From positions 1 to 13,461 of the forward strand of contig NZ_JBJEEY010000050.1 in NCBI RefSeq assembly GCF_051873555.1: a DNA stretch of 13,461 nt. The letters are read 5' to 3'. Within the stretch, counting starts at the first letter, position 1. Each line of letters starts with the position of its first letter. A model generated the notes under the pieces. It had not been told where the DNA came from. It saw only the letters and a list, made by a program, of their open reading frames with translations, and made no database searches. The position numbers and the translations under genes were made by a program. Source of the DNA: Floccifex sp. GTDB lineage: Bacteria > Bacillota_I > Bacilli_A > Erysipelotrichales > Erysipelotrichaceae. This document shows positions 6,473 through 12,447 of the stretch, piece by piece.

Positions 6473-6727
6473 ATGTCTTATTCAAAAAAAGCAGAACTAC
6501 TAGAAAAACCTTATTTGCATCTAACAGATGCTAGACAGATCTTAGGAGTTGCATATCCTAAATTCAAACCAATGTGGGAACAGATGATTAAAGATTTAGA
6601 AAAAGAATCTGGACAACGATTGGGACAATGGAATTGGGGCATCCCAACAGAGATGATCTGTAATTATTTCAGAATTGATGTTGAACGCTACAAAGAGTTA
6701 GCAAAGAAAGAAAAAATCGATGCATAA
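6473..6727 (+). CDS. Small DNA-binding protein, excisionase/MerR-like wHTH candidate (84 aa)
   Basis: The ATG at 6473 lies 8 nt after AAGGAGG; the track start at 6467 is TTG. LHLTDARQILGV... followed by WGIPTEMICNYFRIDVERY resembles the HTH_17/Xis pattern (helix-turn-helix, then the G-x-P...W/Y wing). This is the first gene of the operon upstream of an integrase. Confidence 0.45.
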   Translation: MSYSKKAELLEKPYLHLTDARQILGVAYPKFKPMWEQMIKDLEKESGQRLGQWNWGIPTEMICNYFRIDVERYKELAKKEKIDA

Positions 6728-6795
6728 TTGGCGTTATACATCGATAAAAAAAGAAGTGCCAGTTGACACAACTTCCACAGAGTTATTATTGCATA

Positions 6796-6811
6796 GATTT
6801 GGCGATTTGGC
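6796..6811. repeat. Tandem 8-mer GATTTGGC x2 in the Xis-like/Rep-like intergenic region
   Basis: Read directly. It lies about 28 bp downstream of a TTGACA hexamer (6763-6768) and about 50 bp upstream of the Rep-like start. Confidence 0.4.
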
Positions 6812-6858
6812 AATGAGACGGGCACTCTCTTTTTACTATGGAAAGGAGTGTTTTTATT

Positions 6859-7575
6859 ATGAGTCAAAACATTAAAGTTGATATACGAAAGACGAAGGGA
6901 TATACCCTTATTTGGCAAGAGATGAATCAAGATCTTAGATTAAAGAATAAAGATGTAGGATTATTAGTCCGATTATTAAGTTTACCACCAGATTGGCGAT
7001 TCAGTGAAACAGGTTTATGTAAAAGATTTGATATTGGGAAACATGAATTGAGAACTGAATTAGAAAAACTAGAATATTGTGGATATTTGACTAGAGTCCA
7101 AACTAGAGATGAAAGTGGAAGATTTTCTGGATCGAATTGGATTATCTATGATGTACCACAAAATAATAATGCTTTACCGTTGTCCGATTTTCAGACATCG
7201 GAAAAACCAGTGACGGAAAACCAGACACAATTAAATACTAAAGAATTAAATACTAAGAAATTAAATAATCTCTCTCAAAAAAAGCAATCATTTTACTGTA
7301 CATTAAAACAGACCTCGGAAGGGTTAATTGATGAATATTGTTATAATTGTTACTTAATCAACAAATGTCCATTTGAAACAAGAATGTTAATGGAAACTGA
7401 ATGTTTAGATCCTTATAATTTATCGGATGATGAGAATAGCTATCTAATGGAAACTGTTTTCTTTAGAAATCGTGTTTATGACATTACCCAACGTTTAAAA
7501 AACGGTATTTGCTTGGATAGTGAGAAACAATACTTCGGGATAGTGGAGGATTGTAATGGCAGTAAGCAAGAATGA
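6859..7575 (+). CDS. Winged-helix replication-initiator / replisome-organiser-like protein (238 aa)
   Basis: The ATG at 6859 lies 10 nt after AAAGGAG (6842-6848). LLVRLLSLPPDWRFSETGLCKRFDIGKHELRTELEKLEYCGYLTRVQTRDESGRFSGSNWIIYDVP fits the wHTH pattern seen in DnaD/RepA_N-like initiators of plasmids, phages and IMEs. The C-terminal half contains a Cys cluster (C-x15-C-x2-C-x5-C). Confidence 0.5.
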   Translation: MSQNIKVDIRKTKGYTLIWQEMNQDLRLKNKDVGLLVRLLSLPPDWRFSETGLCKRFDIGKHELRTELEKLEYCGYLTRVQTRDESGRFSGSNWIIYDVPQNNNALPLSDFQTSEKPVTENQTQLNTKELNTKKLNNLSQKKQSFYCTLKQTSEGLIDEYCYNCYLINKCPFETRMLMETECLDPYNLSDDENSYLMETVFFRNRVYDITQRLKNGICLDSEKQYFGIVEDCNGSKQE

Positions 7576-8764
7576 AAACGGTAATGGATGGAAAATCCAA
7601 TGTCGTAATCCAAGTACGGGTAAATTAACTACTATTCGAAGAAATCCTAAAACAGGGAAGAATTTCCAAACAAAAAAAGAAGCAAAGGATTTTGAGAGTT
7701 ATTATCAAAAAAATCAAATAAATTTATCTGTGAAGATGGATGAATTATTTGAACACTATTTAAAAGATTATTTGGCATTGAAACCTTCTTCTTCTGCCAA
7801 AAATGTTGAATCTTGGTACAAGAATCATATTCAACCTGCTATTGGTAAAAGAAAGGTAGTGACTCTTAAAATCCAAGACTTGGAAGATTTAGCAGTTAAA
7901 ATGTTAAAGAATGGATATTCTATCAATTACATCAATAAAATGACAACAAATATTAATACAATCTGTAACTGGGGTGTAGCACATAGTTTTCTTGACCGCA
8001 ACCCCGTTACGGGTTACAAACCTTTAAAGAAAATTAAAACATCTGATCAATTGCTCTATTGGACACCAGAAGAATTTAATCTCATTTTAAACGCAATTCC
8101 AAAACGATATAAAGACAGTGATGCCACTTATATTCGCTTCTTTATTCTCTTTGGTTATTTAACCGGAATTCGTAAAGGTGAGCAACGTGCTTTAAAATGG
8201 GAGAACATAGATTTTATTCGAAATATTATTCATATTGATTATCATGTCAATGAAGACGGAGAAAGAGTTCGTGGAAGAAAGAATGGTAATGGTTATTCTA
8301 TTGTAATGGATTCGGCTGTTAGAGAATTGCTAGATGAAATTCATGAATATATGAAACCAATCCATGGATATAGTCGAAAAGCATATGTATTTCCTTCAAT
8401 GAAAAAAGGAATGAATGAGCCATTGGGAACATATACCCCAACTCGATGGATCTTAGAACTCGCAAAGTATTGTGATTTGCCCAATATAACGTACCATGGC
8501 TTGAGACATTCAGCGTGTTCTTACTGGACATCTGTTGTAGGGCTGACTCCATATGAAGTAGCAGATAAATTAGGGGATACTGTAAAAATTGTCCTTGAAG
8601 TATATGCGGATTTCTTCCATGAACAAAAGACGATGGCAGCCAATAAGATTGATCGACATAAAGATAAATTAATGAGTATTTTAAATGAAAACAGAGAGGA
8701 AGAATTAGAAAATGGAAACAATGACGGAATTGGAAAGAAAACAACTAAAGAAACTTCAAGCTAA
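7556..8764 (+). CDS. int: Tyrosine integrase with N-terminal AP2-like arm-type DNA-binding domain (402 aa)
   Basis: An SD (GTGGAGGA) is present and the start overlaps the upstream stop. The N-terminus WKIQCRNPSTGKLTTIRRNPKTGKNFQTKKEAKDFE looks like a three-stranded sheet plus helix arm-binding fold. Catalytic motifs are TGIRKGE (Arg), HGLRHS (H-x-x-R) and LEVYADF (Tyr). The His-II position reads LGD rather than LGH. Confidence 0.9.
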   Translation: MAVSKNENGNGWKIQCRNPSTGKLTTIRRNPKTGKNFQTKKEAKDFESYYQKNQINLSVKMDELFEHYLKDYLALKPSSSAKNVESWYKNHIQPAIGKRKVVTLKIQDLEDLAVKMLKNGYSINYINKMTTNINTICNWGVAHSFLDRNPVTGYKPLKKIKTSDQLLYWTPEEFNLILNAIPKRYKDSDATYIRFFILFGYLTGIRKGEQRALKWENIDFIRNIIHIDYHVNEDGERVRGRKNGNGYSIVMDSAVRELLDEIHEYMKPIHGYSRKAYVFPSMKKGMNEPLGTYTPTRWILELAKYCDLPNITYHGLRHSACSYWTSVVGLTPYEVADKLGDTVKIVLEVYADFFHEQKTMAANKIDRHKDKLMSILNENREEELENGNNDGIGKKTTKETSS

Positions 8765-9038
8765 AGCTAAAAGAGTGTCCAGACAACAAAAAGAATTTCT
8801 TGAATATGCTGATGAGCATAAAGATGAATTACTAAAGCGTTGGAATTTGTCTATAAAAAAAGAAATTAGTTTGTCAGAAAGTCTAAGCAATGAATTGTCT
8901 AACAAATTAAATACTATTGCTGATATTTACGGAACAAATGTTAATTCTTTATTGGATTATATTTCAACAGATAAGCAAGTCAATTATTTTAAAAGATATG
9001 GTCCTAAGGAAGAATTTAAAAATGAACAAAGTGAGTAA
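8712..9038 (+). CDS. Hypothetical protein, putative ribbon-helix-helix relaxosome accessory factor (108 aa)
   Basis: GAGAGGA lies 11 nt upstream, and the ORF overlaps the integrase 3' end by 53 nt. The N-terminus is coiled-coil-like. The segment KKEISLSESLSNELSNKLNTIADIYGTNVNSLLDYIS fits a beta-alpha-alpha (CopG/Arc-like) pattern. It sits directly before oriT and the relaxase gene. Confidence 0.4.
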   Translation: METMTELERKQLKKLQAKAKRVSRQQKEFLEYADEHKDELLKRWNLSIKKEISLSESLSNELSNKLNTIADIYGTNVNSLLDYISTDKQVNYFKRYGPKEEFKNEQSE

Positions 9039-9080
9039 AGTATAGCCCACTATACTTTACAGTCATAAAGTGTGGGTCCC
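9036..9080 (+). other. Origin of transfer (oriT), MOBV/pMV158-like, with overlapping alternative hairpins
   Basis: Hairpin A pairs TAAAGTATAG (9036-9045) with CTATACTTTA (9050-9059) around a CCCA loop, giving a 10-bp perfect stem. Hairpin B pairs ACTTTA (9054-9059) with TAAAGT (9066-9071). GTGTGGG (9070-9076) follows. From memory, the pMV158 oriT contains ACTTTAT-GAAT-ATAAAGTATAGTGTG/TTATACTTTA, that is, the same arms and a GTGTG nick context. Confidence 0.6.
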
Positions 9081-9243
9081 TAAGCTTTTACCAGCTTAAT
9101 CAAGGCCAAGTTTCACTTGACGACTCGTACACGCAACGAGGGTGCGAATATGTCTTCGACAATTTTAGCTGAGGACACGTGACAAAATCACGACAACATT
9201 CGTTGCTTTCGTTGCATTTTTTTGATGATAGGAGGTTAAGTGA

Positions 9244-10827
9244 ATGCAGTTTAATGATCATCAAGAAAAATACAAATTATCAGATGTTCGTGGAATCCAT
9301 GGAGAACAATTCCGTGAATTGAAATCATACAAAAATAACGTGGATCCACAACGTACACATATGAATCAAATTTACATCTTTAATCCGGATATGGATTCTG
9401 GAAATTGGAATAAACGGATTAATGAATGTAAAAAGATTCACCAAAAGACAACAGGAAAGGCTTTAAGAAAAGATGCAGTTGTCTTTATTTCAGATGTAGC
9501 GGCAGTACCAAAGGAATGGCCAAAACAGCTAATACTTGATTATTTTTCTGAACGTAATGATTTCATGACCAGGTTTCTTTTGAATCATGGTGTTGAAAGA
9601 GAATATCTTCTTTCCAGTGTAGTACATATGGACGAAGATGAACCCCATCAAACTATTGTTTATATGCCATTTAAAGATGGAAAATTTCAGGCAAAGAATA
9701 TCATGAATAAGATTATGTTGAAACAGCTTCAATCAGAAGGATGGGCATTTTATAAAGATTTTGAATCAAGACATCCGGAAATCAAGGAATATATATTAGA
9801 ACCTTATATTGAAGGGAACAATGAAACAAAGTCTAAGAAGAAACATTTAAAGGAATTAGATTATAAAATCGGAAAAGATAAAGAAAAATTAGAACAAATT
9901 CAAAAAGAGGTTTCTCAGAAGCAAAATGAGCTTGATTTGGTGGACGAACAGATTCTAAATAATCCAATCAAAGAATTCACAGAAAATAAAGAAATCAAGG
10001 CTATTGTAGAAAATCTAAAAGAAGATTTTAGAAAAGTGAATAATCACACAGATTATATTACTGAAAATGATTTAAACGTTTTTATTCCTTCTTTTGATGA
10101 TAATTGGCTTGAGAAAAATGTTGAAGTTGTAGAAGCAAAAAAAGACTTATTTGGAAATGAAAAGCAACCAGCTTATATCAAAATTTCAAAAGATGAATGG
10201 GAAATCAAAAAGGCACATAAAGAAAGTGATAACAGATCGTTTCATAAATTAGAAAATATGTTTGGTTCCTTAAAGTCAAAATACATCCAATTAAAGGAAA
10301 GATACAATGAGTTATCAAATAAAATCATTAGGAAGGTTAAAATTATTGAAAATAGTATTGCTGGATTGAGAAAATTACCTGTTTTCAGCAAATGGCAGGA
10401 TATAAACAACAACAAACAAATGGTTCAATCTTTAAATGATGAATTGAATAATTCAAATCAAAGTATTCAACAATTAAGCAATGCTCTAAACAATGAAAAA
10501 TGGTATCACAATTTTTATAATCATGTATTGGTACTATTATCTAGATCCAAGACAAAAGATGGCAGTAATGCTTTAGAAGAAGTCTTAAAAGATTATGATG
10601 AAAATACACAAGATTTGATTTTGGATGATCTTGAAACGATATTGCCTAAAAATTATAGAACTATCATCTACTACAATGGAAAACAAGGCTATGGATGGTA
10701 TGTTTCTAAAGATGAGGGAGGACAATACCTCGGAAAGAAAAAAGAACTTGAACAATTACAACGACAATATCCTAATGCATCATTTCATGATCCATATAAT
10801 TTGGTGTTTGATAGAGGGGAAAGATAA
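9244..10827 (+). CDS. mob: MobV-family (Mob_Pre) mobilization relaxase (527 aa)
   Basis: An SD (GGAGG) lies 8 nt upstream. The N-terminal motif RGIHGEQFRELKSYKNNVDPQRTHMN parallels MobM GAFKHNERVFETHSNKDINPSRSHLN. Motif III is present as VVHMDEDEPHQT (HxDE..PH). The C-terminus is long and Lys/Glu/Asn-rich, coiled-coil-like, as in Pre/Mob proteins. Confidence 0.9.
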   Translation: MQFNDHQEKYKLSDVRGIHGEQFRELKSYKNNVDPQRTHMNQIYIFNPDMDSGNWNKRINECKKIHQKTTGKALRKDAVVFISDVAAVPKEWPKQLILDYFSERNDFMTRFLLNHGVEREYLLSSVVHMDEDEPHQTIVYMPFKDGKFQAKNIMNKIMLKQLQSEGWAFYKDFESRHPEIKEYILEPYIEGNNETKSKKKHLKELDYKIGKDKEKLEQIQKEVSQKQNELDLVDEQILNNPIKEFTENKEIKAIVENLKEDFRKVNNHTDYITENDLNVFIPSFDDNWLEKNVEVVEAKKDLFGNEKQPAYIKISKDEWEIKKAHKESDNRSFHKLENMFGSLKSKYIQLKERYNELSNKIIRKVKIIENSIAGLRKLPVFSKWQDINNNKQMVQSLNDELNNSNQSIQQLSNALNNEKWYHNFYNHVLVLLSRSKTKDGSNALEEVLKDYDENTQDLILDDLETILPKNYRTIIYYNGKQGYGWYVSKDEGGQYLGKKKELEQLQRQYPNASFHDPYNLVFDRGER

Positions 10828-10834
10828 GTAATTT

Positions 10835-10860
10835 GCATGGCAGTGATGCCTTGTATTTTT
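10835..10860 (+). terminator. Weak rho-independent terminator after mob
   Basis: The stem pairs GCATGGCA with TGCCTTGT (one mismatch, one G-U) around a GTGA loop. ATTTTT follows. Confidence 0.4.
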
Positions 10861-10870
10861 AATTGAATGA

Positions 10871-10941
10871 TGTAGAATATTTGCATTTTTTCTGTGTTCT
10901 TTTTCGTATTAAATACGAAAATCTGTTTAATTGTAGAATAT
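10871..10941. repeat. Direct repeat TGTAGAATAT x2 (10871-10880, 10932-10941) flanking a perfect palindrome TTTTCGTAT-taa-ATACGAAAA (10901-10921)
   Basis: Read directly. A third TGTAG core at 10992-10996 gives spacings of 61 and 60 bp. TGTAG is also the core of the operator half-sites at 6438 and 6450. Confidence 0.5.
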
Positions 10942-11625
10942 CTAAAGCGATTTTTTGTTGTAAATAGATATGTTAACAATGATGAAAGTGGTGTAGCAAT
11001 TTTATCGAGTGCACAGGAACTTGATATAAGGATAAATGGTAGATGAAAAGCTGTTCAACTTGGAATTTAAAAGACAAAAGTAAGAACGAGACAGCAAATT
11101 AAGACATTTTAAAAGTAATAGGATTCGTGAATTATTCCAAAAAGGTTTTTGTATAATGAAATCCAATATCTTTAATAAGTGATGTTACTATTGATTGAAA
11201 GTGGTTTATCAAAGAAGTAAGATGAGGTTGTAGAAGATACTCATCAATATCGAAAAACCTAATGCCTATATAACGATAATTAACTGTTGTAAGAAAATTT
11301 TAAATTTTTTTTCTTTGGTTTATTGAGTTCTTCAGATTAAAAATAAAAAATGAAAATTGCAGTTGGCTTTTTAAATGTGCAAAAAAAGATGGTAAATCAC
11401 TTATTTAGTAATAACTTCCTTCTACTCTGATTAAAAAACTCAAATCACTACTCTTTAATTATATCAAAAATTCCTTTTTGAAATAAGTCTTATATTCTTG
11501 TCAATAATAATATAATTTAATAGTAGAAATAAACATTTAAAAACTTAAGAAAGGGATGGTAATATGAAACTAAAATAATGTCTTAAAAATGCATTTTTTG
11601 TTTATAGAAAGAAAGGGTGAAATTT

Positions 11626-12123
11626 ATGACTAAAAGCATTAATTTTAAAAGAGCTATTTATGCAGCTATTAGCATGATAACTGTAATATGTATTTGCATA
11701 ATCCCTGCTTATGCATGGGGAAGAAAACTAATTACAAAAACAGCTTCCGGTTCTTTTAGTTGGACATTTTATAATTATACTTACTCATTTAATGCAGTTG
11801 CAGGCATTACTTATGATGATAGTAATAAAATTACTCAAATTTCAGATTTATCATTTAATAATGTTATTTGTAATTCTAGTTCAATTAATTTTCCTGGTTC
11901 AATAATACCTAAGCAAAGCAGAAAATATTTTTCGGGTTCTACAGCAACTTATGTAGTTACAGTAACTAGAAATGCGTACGGGATGTATTCTGACCAGGTA
12001 GATTATACATTTACATATCGAACAAGTGATTCGGGTGTACCGTATTCATTTAGGGACAATGAATCAGAAATTATAGTTGAAGTTACTGAAGGAGAACCAT
12101 ACAATATTCAGAATTTTGAATAA
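11626..12123 (+). CDS. Secreted hypothetical protein with Sec signal peptide (165 aa)
   Basis: The ATG at 11626 lies 8 nt after GAAAGGG; the track start at 11617 is GTG. The N-terminus MTKSINFKRAIYAAISMITVICICIIPAYA/WG has a basic n-region, a hydrophobic core and an AxA cleavage site. The mature part is Ser/Thr/Tyr-rich and beta-like, with no recognised family. Confidence 0.7.
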   Translation: MTKSINFKRAIYAAISMITVICICIIPAYAWGRKLITKTASGSFSWTFYNYTYSFNAVAGITYDDSNKITQISDLSFNNVICNSSSINFPGSIIPKQSRKYFSGSTATYVVTVTRNAYGMYSDQVDYTFTYRTSDSGVPYSFRDNESEIIVEVTEGEPYNIQNFE

Positions 12124-12160
12124 TCGACTGTAATAATAAAATAATCCTAAAATAATAAAA

Positions 12161-12192
12161 ATACGCCAATCATAGTAATATGACTGGCGTAT
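12161..12192. terminator. Hairpin downstream of the secreted-protein gene
   Basis: A 13-bp stem pairs ATACGCCAATCAT with ATGACTGGCGTAT (one mismatch) around a 6-nt loop. The T-tract is poor on the plus strand (TAAATTT) and T-rich on the minus strand. Confidence 0.45.
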
Positions 12193-12236
12193 TAAATTTG
12201 TATGTAAACGTCAAATAACGTGTATTGACAAATTAA

Positions 12237-12283
12237 AAAATGATGAAGAGTATGTGATTTTAGGTCTTCATCATTTTATTTTT
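12237..12283. terminator. Bidirectional rho-independent terminator
   Basis: A perfect 13-bp stem pairs AAAATGATGAAGA (12237-12249) with TCTTCATCATTTT (12265-12277) around a 15-nt loop. T-tracts follow on both strands. Confidence 0.6.
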
Positions 12284-12318
12284 GTATATAGTTCTTTGAC
12301 GCTTACATAAATTCTAAC

Positions 12319-12357
12319 CTTAAGAAAAGGAGATAGACCTGGTCCCGGTCAATCTCC
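12319..12357 (-). terminator. GC-rich hairpin plus T-tract; likely terminator of the 126-aa gene
   Basis: GGAGAT-a-GACC (12329-12339) pairs with GGTC-a-ATCTCC (12347-12357) around a 7-nt loop. TTTTCTT follows on the minus strand. Confidence 0.5.
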
Positions 12358-12447
12358 CTAAATATTATCTAAGATAGTTTTAAGTTGTTAAGAAATTTAA
12401 AAAATCACTTAAACAATTTGTTTAACAAGGCCTATGATAATCAAAAA

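Larger units (their letters stand above)
5041..10980. mobile_element. Integrative-mobilizable-element (IME)-like module: XRE regulator, Xis-like, Rep-like, Int, RHH, oriT, MobV relaxase (ends not defined)
   Basis: The module holds a full set of integration, maintenance and mobilization functions but no conjugation (T4SS/T4CP) genes. It is flanked by ORF-free AT-rich DNA containing short direct repeats. I could not find att duplications by eye, so the boundaries are approximate. Confidence 0.6.

Noticed and set aside
313-10979. Fifteen ORFs of 60-141 aa in the supplied track lie inside larger genes. Most are antisense: 313-543, 1208-1390, 1351-1542, 1819-2013, 2466-2651, 3761-3964, 5336-5548, 6688-6930, 8319-8744, 8521-8721, 9529-9732, 10785-10979 and 12434-12616 (the last lies outside the coordinate span given for this entry). 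Two are same-strand but out of frame: 2308-2490 and 10625-10831.
   Set aside because: Each is fully or mostly nested in a longer ORF that has recognisable protein motifs and a good SD. The nested ORFs lack ribosome-binding sites and have the Leu/Phe/Ile/Ser-rich composition typical of shadow frames in AT-rich coding DNA.
9061-10980. A pMV158-type single-strand origin (ssoA/ssoU), looked for through the CS-6 (TAGCGT/A) and RSB motifs.
   Set aside because: No exact CS-6 hexamer or RSB-like sequence was found by eye; the nearest were TAGCTG at 9166 and AAGCGA at 10945. The idea is kept only as one of several possibilities for the 10901-10921 palindrome.
5334-11268. The 9-mer TAATGCCTA at both 5334-5342 and 11260-11268, considered as a candidate att direct repeat for the IME-like module.
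   Set aside because: A single 9-bp match between two AT-rich regions of this size is expected by chance. The left copy is simply one arm of the XRE terminator hairpin.
12329-12357. The GC-rich hairpin considered as a tRNA or tmRNA 3' fragment (a classic integration target).
   Set aside because: It has no T-loop (GTTCRANNC) or acceptor-stem/CCA-like features. The sequence fits a plain terminator stem followed by a T-tract on the minus strand.
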